DNA of 64,000 nucleotides from Azolla caroliniana. Taxonomy: Eukaryota; Plantae; Polypodiophyta. Below the pieces are notes generated by a model that ran no database searches, had not been told where the DNA came from, and saw nothing but the letters and a program-made list of their open reading frames with translations. The number at the start of each line of letters is the position of its first letter. Within the stretch, counting starts at the first letter, position 1. Made by a program: the position numbers and the translations under genes. The DNA lies in NCBI GenBank assembly GCA_043228905.1, contig JBHGNT010000004.1, positions 24,614,001-24,678,000 of the forward strand. The letters are read 5' to 3'. This document shows, in pieces, positions 27,701 to 40,316 of the stretch.

Positions 27701-30085
27701 TCTTCTCAATTATTCCCAATTGACGACGTTGTTTACTGATCTTCTGAAAGGTCAAACGCATAAGTCTACAAAACCTATTGTATGCAATGCTACACTAGAC
27801 CTCTCCTTTAAGGAACTCAAGGACCTGGTGTGCAAGGCTCCTTCGCTTCTTTTACTAGATCCTTCAAAACCTTTCCAAGTTGAAATGGACGCAAGTGATT
27901 ATGATATATGTGTCGTATTATATCAAGATGGTCAACCAATAGCATTTGAGAGTACGAAACTTGATTCTGCTCAATGCCAGGATACCATTCAAGAAAAGGA
28001 ATTATTTGCAGTTATTCATGTGCTCAAGACATGGCGCCATTATCTTTATGGAAATCATTTTGTGGTAACTAAGGACCACGAGTTCCTGAAATATTTTTGT
28101 GACCAACAAGACATCAAAGGTTGTAAGGCATGATGGGTAGATCTCATCTAGGACTTTGATTTTTCCTTATGATATCGTAAAGGTTCCATAAACACTGTTG
28201 CTGATGCACCGAGTCACATCTGTGAAGTTAACATGCTTAGCTTCACGGAAATAACATCAGATCTTTATGATCACCTTCGAGGAAAGTATCTTGATGACAA
28301 TTATCCTGATCATCTTTACTTTGGAACAGACACCACCACATCCTCAAAGGAATCCTTCCACATTGCAAACGGTCTGCTCTACCGTAATGGGAAGGTTTGT
28401 GTTCCAGATTTGCTTGAGGTCAAAAAGAGAATTCTATTTTAATGCCATGATGCACCCTCAGCAGGGCTTCCTAGAATACATTGCACACTCGTTCTCATCT
28501 CCACTCAATTCTATTGGCCTAAGATGCGTCCTGACATACATAACTATGTGAGAAAATGTCACCAGTCTTAGGTAACAAAGCCGAGTGACTTTTACATCCC
28601 TTGGAAATTCCCAACAATAAGTGTAAAAGTATATCCATGGATTTTATTGTTAGCCTTTCCTCGCACCCAAAAAGGTCATGATGTCATCTGTGTTGTGGTT
28701 GATGGATTAACTAAAATGGCCAGATTTATTGCCACAAAAACCATAGTAACAACTCCTGAATTGGCTTACCAATTTGTTGAAGAGTTATTTCGTTTTTATG
28801 GGTTACTAGCGACTTTTGGACGCAAGTCTTTAAGAAGTTAGAAACTACATTGAGCATGAACTCCTGGATCATCCTCAATCCGATGGATAAACAAAACGAG
28901 TAAATCAAATTATTGAGGAAATGCTTCGAGCGTACGTTCGTGCAAAACCAACAAAATGGGAACGTTATCTCCCAAATTTGAAGTTTGCTTATAACAGCTC
29001 CAAGCATACATCGATGGGATATAGTCCTTTTATGTTGATGTATGGTTTTCAGCCTAGCCCCGATTGATGTTAATATACATCATGATGAGTTGCGAAGTAC
29101 GCAAAACTTTCTTCGGGATATACAAGATATGTTGCATATTGCACGAGATAATATAAAAACTGCTCAAGATAGAGCGCGTTTTTATGCTGATCATAATCGG
29201 CAACCTCGTGCATTCAACCCTGGATAGAAGGTATTTTTACGTGTACCTCACAATTCTAAGACATTGTATATGGGTAAGTGCACTAAGTTAGCCCCATGGT
29301 TTTGTGGAACTTTTACAGTTCTCAAACGCATTTGTTCATCAACCTATAATCTCACTCTTCATGATGGTGTTGAAATCCATCCAGTTTTTCACGTAAGTCA
29401 TCTAAAAGAACTTCTTGGTTCTGGCGACAATACAATTACAACACAAACTCTGGTTACTTCTAACGAATTAGCTTCTAAACCACATGTACCAGAAAGAATT
29501 CTCGATGTTAAAACGAAAAATTTGCGTCCTAAAATAATCTGAGAATTTAAACTAAAATGGATGGATAAGTCTATCAAAGATGCCACATGGGAACGCGAAA
29601 ATACATTTACAACTAACTTCCCCAACTTTCCATTACAAGAGGGCAATGTTTTAAAGAGGGGAGTATGTTACGGGCATGACCATATCCCGTGGTAAGTTTT
29701 ACCTTAGTATTCTATACACGTGGATAAAGTGTGAGGATTAAACGAGAGTGTAAAGAAGGAAATTACTTTTAATCCTTGGGATAGGGACAACCCATTAGGC
29801 CAAGTGTGAACTTGCCTGGGGGCCTTGGTTTGGCTATAAATACGAGGCCTAGCTACCCTCATTTCACACATTATCGACTACATCGAGAAGTCTCCGTCAT
29901 TGTGGTGGGTCAACTCTTGTAGCGAGCGCGCCTACACCAAGTACAACTCGATGCCACGGTGGTGGTATGGGATGCCGATCGAGGCTTGAGTCCGTCTCAA
30001 TCCCTTTGCTCGGGGGTGATCAAGTGTATCGGCACCCTTCTTTCTCTCTCTCCTTTCTTATTTTATATCTATTATATCCTTATCG
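24731..30085 (+). mobile_element. Degraded chromovirus-type Ty3/gypsy (family A, copy 2)
   Basis: gag from ATG 24731, then PR, RT, RH, INT and a chromodomain (PERILD...KW...DATWE). PPT AAAGAGGGGAGTA and 3' LTR 29666-30085. Many stops and frameshifts; homologous throughout to 1850-5950. Confidence 0.93.
24902..25601 (+). mobile_element. 700-bp solo LTR inserted in the gag of family A copy 2
   Basis: TGTCGTG...CGCGACA with TSD ACGT (24898-24901, 25602-25605). The empty site GCACGTGTCATTAG is visible in copy 1. TATAAAA near 25244; start resembles the 57184 LTR. Confidence 0.92.
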
Positions 30086-31208
30086 GCTCGAGAAGATCTC
30101 CACGACCAAGTGCCTTGCAATCGACCTATTCTGGTCACTATGGCATTAGATGGGCTTAAGGAGCAATCAATCCGATCGAATCGGACAACAGAGATAGCTT
30201 TGAGCATCTCCTTGTATAATCTATATATTCTGCTTTATATTACAGGTCTCTCCTTATTGTATATACACCCATTATGGGGGAGTGTCGAATACGGGTGTCT
30301 AATGGCCGTATTCACACTGTCCCTTGGATAATCTAGGTTTAGGACATTTATGTAAATATGTCAAAGGACAGTTGCCCTAGCCCAGTTAGTATATAATGGG
30401 CTTTGTAACTGAGCTCATAAGGTCGTTACTATTGTTAGAGAGTGGTTGCCTCCATTGTCATAACTATTCTGAATAAAACTGCTTTATTGTGTGCCTCGAT
30501 CCCCCCCCCTCTCTCACAGTCTGTTCTTTGATCTTGCCTTCACTTCTGCACTCCGTGATCGTCACCTCAAGGTGTTGTTGATGTTTCCACACTGACGGCC
30601 TTAGTTCACAACAGACCGCAATTAACAAATAGTATTTCCTGAACACACAAGGATTTAGCTACAACCGAATCAATCAAAACATAGACAGTCTGAATTGGCC
30701 ACACTCTTGATCGCCTAATAATCACATAATAATTCAAAACTTGTTTTACGAATTAACAAACATAAATCAATAACAAAAGGGTGTTGTATACACAAAACTC
30801 TTATATATTAATGCTCCATCTATAAACAACTTTATACAAGATTCATGCCCCTTTTTATAGGTAAGCATGCACTGTTACGGTGCATCCTTTCAGATCATCC
30901 TCTAATGGTCATAGCTATTCGGGTCTATATTGGTTCATATCCAATTATTATTTTGGCTCTGTTAATATTTATAATAATACTTAACTACTACATATTTTCA
31001 GCTTCACACAGCTAGCCGTCCGTACGAATTGGCATTCAGCCTTCATACTTAGCTGGCTCTTAGCCATTTGGATTATCTCTTTATCTTCTTTCTGCTCCTA
31101 AGGGTAACACATGGCACGCCCGTGGGCCTTGCATTAAGAACTCACAAAATTTTCATAAGCTTTCCTCCAAAATATCCACTATGCTCGGCTCCGGCTCCTC
31201 ATTCTCCC

Positions 31209-31743
31209 TATTGGTTGTGATGAAAAATAGTACTCGGCCACAACCCAGTCTCAATCGCGCAGTGGAAGAAAAATAAAAATAGAAATAAGACGACACAAAA
31301 TATTAACATGGAAAACCCTAATCGGGAAAAACCACGGGAGTTCTCGGAACTCCGAACAGGATCACCATAGGGAGGAGGTATTACAATAAGAGCCACAGAG
31401 GCAATGACCTCGAACTCTTTGTCTTCGCCAACCGGCGGTTACAAACAGAAATCACTTTCTATATCTCTCTCTCGTTCTCTGTCTCTCTCTAAATACAACA
31501 ACAAGAATGACAACCACCAAAACCAATATTGCCTTAATTATATTTATACTCATATAACTTTAGGGTTATATACAAATATGACCTGAAATAGTCACATCGG
31601 AACATATACATAAACTAATGTCTGGCCGGATACCAACTGGATCCATCCGATCTGGTTTTCAGATCCATCCGGTCCGGTTCTTTCCTTTGGCTCGTCTGAT
31701 CCGGCTTGTCTAGTTCTCATCCGGAGGGACCAAACTCCCAACA
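31209..31743 (-). mobile_element. Probable copia-type solo LTR
   Basis: T(A)TTGG...CCAACA ends and the reverse complement of the GGTTTTTCCCGATT.GGGTTTTCCA motif. Confidence 0.55.
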
Positions 31744-32317
31744 AGTTGTTGGCTCCCCTTGCCCGTTGGTTTAGATCGGATCTTCTGCGGTTTTTTCTTC
31801 TTCAAATCCCTGTTTCGGTTGCTCCTCCTCTATCTTCTTGATCAAATGCTCTACTTGCTCAGCCAGTTCCTCAATTTCGATGTTCGGCATAACTTGCTCT
31901 TCCCTTGTTGGTTGTGATGGCTCTAGTTGCATCACCTCTGCTTCTCCAAGTGGCTGCTCGTTAGCAACATCCTTTAGTTGTGCCTCCTCAATTCCTTGCT
32001 CGACTGGACCTTCTTCTTCAGTCTGTTTGGCAATCAGTTCTACCTTATCACTGATCAACACTTGTTCATGTTGGTTTTCCTCCGACTGTGCCTTGGATGT
32101 CTACATCTGTTCTTTCTCGTATGCTTCTAACCCATCACTTACCCAATAATGGGGTGATATGAGAATGGTCGTCACCAACTGCTAATGGGTAGGGGGTGGA
32201 GTCTAGAATGGCTTCCCCACCCCTCTCCCAAGGGGTGTGAGAGAGAGAGTGTGAGAGAGACGTAGAATTAAAATTAAAAAATTTATCGTCCATAAAGAGG
32301 CCAATTTTGACCTATGG

Positions 32318-35147
32318 TGTCATGGACACACCAAGCGCGGACTCAGACAAAGCATGGATGATGGGGCTCAGAGCGTGGAACTTGAGAAGCTAGGAATGAC
32401 ACAAGAGCATGAAGATAGAGATAAAGATCAAGGAGACAAGATGGAATGAAACGAGAACACTAGATTGATGTGTCAATGACTGGTGTTGAATCCCTTCAAA
32501 GGGACCAAGGAGGTTACAAGTATTTATACTATGAGTTCAAGTACATGCATTAAAATATTCTTGAGAATATTTTGGAGAATATTCTAGAACCCTATAGAAC
32601 CTTCTAGTTCTAGAACTTTCTAAAAACTCCCAGAACGTGAATAGATAATCTATGAAGATATACATAACACGATTGTGTACTTGGATGTGTTGCTTACAAT
32701 ATAACACTTGACTATAATACAAGAGGTCAACAGTTCAAATCTTGACATAACTGTTGTCATGTCTATGACATTATCCTCCCCTTTACAGCCGCATTTTCGA
32801 AAGCACAATGTAGGGGCTAATGGGGAGTGGTGGGTGTGAGAAACCATGTGTTATCCTCCCTGGAAACATGAACAACAACGAGCATGAGCCGCCTTTTTGA
32901 AATCACGGTGTAGGGGCTAACGAGAAGTGGTGGGTGTGAGAAACCATGTGTTATCCTCACTAAAAACACGAACAACAACGGGCATGAGAGACCATATTGG
33001 TCCTCGCTGAGAGTTGGAACATGAACATCAACGAGTGTGAGCGAACATGTGTGGTCCTCGTCGGGAACTGGAACATGAACAACAACGGGCATGAGCGACC
33101 ATGTTGGTCCTCGTTGAGATCTAGAACATGAACGAGACTGAGCGACCATGTGTGGCCCACATCGGGAACTGGAACGTGAGCAACCGTGTGCGGTCCTCAT
33201 CGAAAACACCAACGGGTGTGAGTGACCATGCGGCCCACACCGAGAACTAGACCATGAACAGACGTGAGTGACCATGTGGCCGTCACCGAGAACTAAACAC
33301 GAACAGGCGTGAGTGACCATGCAGCCCTCACCAAGAACTAGAACACGAACGAATGTGAGAGACCATGCAGTCCTCACTGAGAATTGAACATGAACGAACG
33401 TGAGCGACCATGCGGCCCTCACCGAGAACTGAACATGAATGAACGTGAGCGACCATGTGGCCCTCACTGAGAACTGGAACAACAACGGGCGATGGAGTGC
33501 AAGTGAAGTGGTCGACTCAACTTCTTCTATTATGAGATGGTAAATAGTCGAGATTGACCCAAGACACGGCACAAACGGTAGCGCTAGCGAGAAACCCATG
33601 CGATCCCCACCAGGAAAGTGAGCGGTTGTGACCCCCACCAAAACTAGGTAGGTGAACCTCCGAAATCGGTCCTCACCAATGGACAGTGGTGCGAAACTTG
33701 AACTATAACAAAAATGCAGTGCAAGCGAGCAATGATCCGATCCCCACCAGTAACAATCGGCAACGGTTCGGTTCGGTTCGGTTTGAGAGGGTCCAAACCG
33801 AACCGGTTTGGAACCGAACCGTTTAAAGTTTTTGAAACCTGAACCAAACCGAACCAAACTGCGAAACCGTTAAATATTATTCAAACCGTTAAAACATTAA
33901 ACCGTAAAAACCGCGGGTTCCTGGTTCGGTTTCGGTTTTCAACATAGGTCAAAATTTTAATTTTTAATTTTTAATTTTTTAAAATTTATAATATTTCATT
34001 ATTTAGAATTTTTTAAAATTTTAAGATGTTCCTAAAATGTGAGAATAATGTGTAAAAATGAAAAGATTGTTAAAAAACAATTTTTTAAAATTTTAAAATT
34101 TTTTTAAAAAAATTAAAAAAATAGAAACCGTTAAATCGTTTAAACCGGTTTTTTACTATTGAAACCAAACCGAACCGAACCATTGGCGATTGTTACCCAC
34201 TAGGAAAGTGAGCGGTTGTGACCCCCACCGGAAATGGGAAGGTTTGTGATCGAAAGCACCCCTCCCCAAAACCGTGATGCAAAATGATGACAAGTGGTGT
34301 TGATGACAACGATTGTTGGGCGAAGAGGTGTTGAAAATGATGATGTCGAAGACAAGGGTGTTGATGACAGTAACTCTGGAAGCAAGGATAGTGATGATGG
34401 TAACTCTAGAAGCAAGGGTGATGACGAAGATGGGTGATGCTTCCAATTGGAAGGGATTCAACCTGTCATGGACACACCAACCCTAGACTAAGACAAAGCA
34501 CAGATGATGAGGCTACGACCGATAAGGTCACAAACGTTGAACTCGACGTGATGTGACCAAAAACTCGGGAATTTGTGAGGGACGAGATAAGGAACTTAAG
34601 ACGCTAGGAACAATACAAGCGCATAAAGACAGAGATGTGAATCAAGGACAGAAGATCGGGCTAAACAAGAATACTAGATTGATGTGTCAATGACTGGTGT
34701 TGAATCCCTTAAGACGCTAGGAACAATACAAGCGCATAAAGACAGAGATGTGAATCAAGGAGAGAAGATCGGGCTAAAGAAGAATACTAGATTGATGTGT
34801 CAATGACTGTGAGTTGAAGTGCATGCATTAGAATATTCTTGAGAATATTTTCTTTCTTGTCTCCTGATCTTTATCTCTATCTTCATGCTCTTGTGTCATT
34901 CCTAGCTTCTCAAGTTCCACGTTCTTAGCCCCATCATCCGTGCTTCGTCCAAGTCCGCGCTTGATGTGTCCGTGACAGTTTGAATCCCTTGAAACGGACC
35001 AAGGAGGGTACAAGTATTTACACTGTGAGTTGAAGTACATGCATTAGAATATTTTGGAGAATATTCTAGAACCCTCTAGAACTTTCTAGTTCTAAAACTT
35101 TCTAAAAACTCCTAGAATGTGAATACATAACACGATTATGTACTTGG
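32318..35147 (-). mobile_element. Non-autonomous, apparently self-priming LTR element
   Basis: 3' LTR 32318-32770 (TGTCAT...ATGACA) preceded on the minus strand by PPT AAAGGGGAGGATAA. Rearranged 5' LTR from 34464. Non-coding interior with degenerate 40-50-bp tandem repeats at 32820-33480. Confidence 0.8.
33751..34195. mobile_element. hAT-type MITE
   Basis: TIRs TAACAATCG(G/C)CAA(C/T)GGTTCGGTTCGGTT, 8-bp TSD CCCACCAG/CCCACTAG, AACCG subterminal repeats and an AT-rich core. Confidence 0.85.
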
Positions 35148-38100
35148 CATTATTGGTTTTTGTCCTAATATGAGTTCGGCGGGCATATATCCCGTAGTCA
35201 TGCTACGTGTAGTTCTATCTGCCCACAATGCATAAGGTAGTAATCGTGGCCAATTTCCCATCTTGCTGTCGCAAGCCTTTGCTAGAGCTTTTACAATTGG
35301 ACTATGTCCTCGTTCCACCTTCCCATTTGCGTCCGGGTTGTATGCCATGGTGAGCGATAATTTGACGCCTATTCTTGAAAAGAACTCTTTAGCTTCATTC
35401 GCATCTAATTCTCCCCTATCGGCTATTATTTTGCCGACACATCCGTATCGACAAATAACATCTTCAAGGAGAAACTTACAAACTGTCGAAGTTGTTTTAT
35501 TCCTTAGCGCTCGTCCTTCTACTTGGTTGGTGAGATCCTCTCTTGCTAGCACGAGATATTTCATTTGCCCCAATCCCATTGGCATAACCACTATGTCTAC
35601 CAACCACTTATAGTGCATTGATAATGGATATGTCGGATGAAGTTCATCCCTATGTTGAATATTCGAGTATAATTGGCATTGCTCACATGTTTCAACATAG
35701 CTTGCTACATCTTTGTAAACACCCGGCCACCAATACTTCTCCTTGAGCTTTGCAAATGTTGCCCATATACCACGATGACCTGCCCACACACTATCATGAA
35801 ATTCAGCAATTAGTGTTTGTTGATCTTGTTTCTTGCACACCACTCGAAGTGGAGTTCCATTCTTCTTCTTTGGAAACTTCCATAGATGTCCTTCTTTGAG
35901 GAAGAACTTGTAGGCCTTCTTCCTAATTCGGTAGAAGTCTTCCTTTGACCATGATTCATCCTTTGTAAGAGAGCTTAAGTACTTGCCAATTTCAACGAAT
36001 TCACCCTCATAATCTTCTACTTTAAACACGGCAAGCACCCGAGCACAAGAAACCGTAAAGAAGTTTAGGCCAACATCTCTTTCGTCGGAGTGAAAATCTT
36101 CTTCACCCTCAAACGTTGCCCTTGATAACATATCGGCCACCACATTATGCTTCCCATTTATATGTCAAATCTCGGGGTTGAGGGACTTGATATAGGCAAT
36201 CCATCACAGCATAGCAATATCCGGTGTAGCACAACCGGATATCATTCCAAGAATAGGCAGACAATAAGTCTCAATTATGACCTCTGTTCCGATAAGGTAG
36301 TCACAATCGGTTTTAACCGCGGATACTATTCCCCATAGCTCTCTCTTTACTTGGGCATACTTCCTTTGTCTTTCGGTTAACACCTTTGCACCGAATCGGA
36401 TTGCATACCGATTCTTTTCTTTGTCTTCTTGGTTTATCACCCATCCAATTCCGGTTGGGCTCGTATCCACCGTCACATATATCGGGGTACCATCGGTGTA
36501 GTCGGCTTTTCGCAGTGCCGGAGCTTCCAATAATAGTTTCTTTAGCTTTTGAACCGCGTAGGTATGCTCATCTTCCCATTCGAACTTCTTCCTTTTCTTT
36601 AGTAATCCATACAATGGTTCAGCGACATGAGCATAATGTGGAATCCATATGTGATAGAATGCACATGCTCCCAAGAATCTTCGCACCTCTGTTTGAGACA
36701 CACATTCTTCTTTCATCTCTTGAATAGCGTTCACCTTGGATGGAGATGGCTTCCGGCCATAAGACCCACATAAGTGTCCTACTACCAATATTTCTGGTTG
36801 ACCGAATGCAGACTTCTCTCCCGAAAACGTGAGATTTGCATCCTCAAGCTTTTGCAACACCTTCTCACTATCCTTTATATGATCAATGACGAATTTTCGG
36901 CAACCATCTTCATCTTTCGATTCATCTTTTTCTTCCATCAAGCATCCTTTGATTGGAATATCATCTAAGAAGGGCATTGTGATATCGGGGATGCAATCCC
37001 TCAACACTTTATTCATGGCATTCACCATGTGGGCTACGGAATTTGTTGCACCTTGGGGTAAGGTGCACATCCTTACCAACCCGATCGGCGTCCTCATTGT
37101 CGTTATGTCTCTACTATCGACAGCCAATTGAAATTGATCATAGCCCGAGTAGAGATCACCAATGGAATAGATCAATCTTCCCGCGAAGGCTTCGGCAAAT
37201 TCATCCACACTTGGACCAATTCCGGCATTTCGGATCGTCACCTTGTTGACAGGTTGGAGATCTTGAATAAAGTAAACCGTCTATTGGAGTAGGGAGCATT
37301 GGACGGCTCAAGTATTCCCATCCTAACCTTTTCCTTTAGAAGCTCAATCAACTTTGGAATGTGAGCTCTTGGAACCGGTATCGGCTTGAGGTTCCAAGGT
37401 ACATGTGGCACCGTAAAAATCACCATCGGCTATCATCTTCGGGTCGGCACATCCGATCTCTTGTGGAGAGAAGGCAAAGGCTTTCCCATGTCTCTCAAGC
37501 ATACCGCGGAACATTCTCTCCTCTTCAGGGAGAAGGAAATCCTCCTTCCCAACTCGTAGCTTCCCTATTGTCTCTTTAGTGAAGACATGACCTATTGCCT
37601 TGGGATCCCTTAAGCTCAGATCATTAGCAACTTCTTTCATCTTCTGCCAACAATCTTCTGGTAGCGGAACCGCAACTGGCTTGATCTTCTTATCCACTGT
37701 TTTATATTTTGTGTTGACTTCAGCTTCCTCCATCAAGATGCCTCGATGATAGTCATCGATGATAGTGTACATGTTGATAGAGTTAACTGAAATCACATTT
37801 TGATCATGAGGGTAGCTCAAGTCCATGACTTCCTCAATTTCACCGATGGTGTCGTTAAATGAGGCTTCCTCTAGAATATGAGACACAAATTCTTCTTCTT
37901 TGATTATGCTTTCTTCTTTCAACATCTTCTCGAAGTCTTGTATCCGATGCTTGTTCTTCTTGTTGAGTAGTGTTAGTTTACATGCGCCACTAGGTGTCAC
38001 ACATGTTGATTCTCCTTGCGATACACTTATTTTGCTTCCTTGTGGGGACTTATGATTGCTCGGACTATTTGTGCCCCACTCTTTAATAGTCCGCTCTAAA

Positions 38101-40316
38101 AATCCGAGGATTCGCCTCCAAGGCTATCTCGGTTCCTTTCGTGATTAGCCCGCACCGTAAGGAATTGAACAAATCTTTGATTGTCAAGGCTCTTGACTCG
38201 CGCGAAGGCCGCTCCATTATCGAACACCTTAGTCTCCATCCGGGACGATGTGATATATGGTTGTCCTAGGATGACGGGATGAGAAGCCGAGTCTTGCACG
38301 AAGAAGTGTTGATCCATCTCCACATCTCCGATTGTGACTTTAACATTGGGGCAAGCTCCGTACATGTCTTCTGTGGCCTTTGTTGCCGCTCGTATCTTCC
38401 ATCTGTAGTTTGTGTTGATCGGCCATCTTCCTTTCTTGTAGAATTCGGTCAACATGAGGTTGATCTCCGAACCATGGTCAATCAAGGCTACCACGGTCTC
38501 CTTCTTCTCTCCGATCTTCACCGGTGTCTCCGTTGTCGCTCTTGCCCAATGAGGCCAAGAGTAATGGTTGTCCACCATCACTTCTTCTTCCTCCTCCTCT
38601 TCCGATCTTGCCATGGTTATGGCACTTGTTTTCACCTCTTCTTCATCTGATTGTTGCCGCTTCCACTTAATCAAGTCCACGATAATATCGTGGAACTCCT
38701 TCTTAGCGATCCCAAGTAGCTCTCTCAAAGTAAGGTCGACATGACTGTCTAAAACCTTCTCCTCAAGGACCTTCCGCAAGTTGGTTGTTTGTTCTATGTC
38801 CGACCTTAGCTTGTAAGTCGGCGCCACTCGTTCCTTTCCTTTCTTCAAAGATTCATCGACTTCCATCCGAGAAGGTTGGCTCGATCCACCGAGCTTCATG
38901 CTTGTTTCTCCTATCTCTTTTCGTGGCGTAGGTTGGGCTAGTCCTTCTTTCCCTGCATTCCTCATATTATGATGCTTTGATGTGCCATCTTCTTCACCGG
39001 TTCTTTTCCTCTTCTCTTCAACAAGATCTTCATAGTTGTCACACACAACCTCTGCAAAGCGTGTGTTATCGTCAATTGGATCCGACCATCCGGTAACTCG
39101 TCGCACATTCCGATCAGCATGATTTAGATCCTCCAAATCTATTTTTCCTTTCTTTTCACACTCGAATACCATTGGCCAAAACCCAACTCCCAGTTTGATC
39201 GTCTTTAGATTCTCTCTTCTGACTCTATTCCCGCCGATGCGGCGTAGTGCATGGCTTCCACATGCCTTGCATCTTCCTCTTCCACGATCTTTTTCAGCCC
39301 GCCTCTTTCGAAGTTCACTCGTAGTGGCTTTCGGGTCTCGCTCAAGTGAATCATGTTGCCGTCCAAATAGACAACATTCTTGCGAATCGCGTCTTACAAG
39401 TCAATGCACTCCCTTCGCAAGTGCTCGAAGCTGTCGCACCACACATTTATACGCTTCTTTTCCCTTGGGCCCGCGTAGACCTAAGTTGGCCAACGATACC
39501 GCTTCAAACTTCTTGGAGAGCTCTTCGATTATAGATTCCTCCATCGCTTTCTTGTCGAAATTGTTGATCGGCTTGCTAGGCTCGATCATCATAGGCACCT
39601 TCCTCCTCCACGATTGTGGATTCTCCATATCAATTTCCTCTTGCCATTATCGACGCTTGTCAAGACAACTACAAGCCTTCTTCACCATCGCCCAGTCCGC
39701 TACCAAGCCATTCGGTTGTGTTTCATCCTCCAAAAAGTTGCCCAATTCTCGCCGATCTTTCGCATCCACTGCCTTCAGGACTTTATCTCCATCGAGAACT
39801 CGTTGATCAACACTCAGAAGTCGGTTGTACTTTTGGTCGAATTCCGCATATACTCCCGACGCACACATATTCTTCCCTTTCTTCTCGATCCACGTCATGA
39901 GCATATGTCGAGTCATCCGTGACGTGTCTTCAAGCATGTATTCAGCAAGAAGCGCCTTTTCGAACTCCGCCCAAGTTGCATGCTCGTTTTGGATCTCCAC
40001 GACGCGCTCGTGGATCCCTGGTTCCACCACACGTTTGAAGCTAGAAATTTGTTTGAGATCATTGACATCCCTTTGTTGCATCTCATTCCGATAGGTAGCA
40101 AGAAAATCCATGATGTTCTTGCCACCAAATCGTCCAGCTATCTCGACCGTATGATCAACAGCTTTGTCGATTAAAGCTTCTCGATCTCTCACCTTCAACA
40201 TGTATTCCACTACGAACACCATGCCTTCCGTTAATTCCTCTCCATGAGTTCCGCTTGTGGATGCCATCGTTGCACTTGATATCCTCCCTACCGCCTCTTT
40301 CACGTGGGGTTCACCA
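35139..40316 (-). mobile_element. Internal region of a tRNA-Trp-primed non-chromovirus Ty3/gypsy element (family B), degraded, 3'-truncated
   Basis: PBS TGGTGAACCCCACGTGAA (40316-40299), gag from 40303, PR (LIDHGSEINL), RT (DLYSGYDQF, FLDDI), RH (VDTSP) and INT (ADRGE, ANGKVERG). Confidence 0.92.
38042..38105 (-). promoter_or_regulatory. Putative -1 ribosomal frameshift signal between PR and RT
   Basis: G GAT TTT TAG, a 5-nt spacer, a 9-bp stem, a possible pseudoknot, and a -1 frame that stays open into ORF 38000-37344. Confidence 0.7.

Noticed and set aside
21850-30085. Single intact element bounded by the two family A LTRs
   Set aside because: No TSD, and about 2.4 kb of unrelated sequence lies between the first LTR and gag, so the pairing cannot be established.
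31771-32061. E/Q-rich ORF as a host gene
   Set aside because: Low-complexity fragment between repeats with no identifiable domain.
32817-33857. 346-aa minus-strand ORF
   Set aside because: Runs through a MITE and degenerate tandem repeats; no protein motif.
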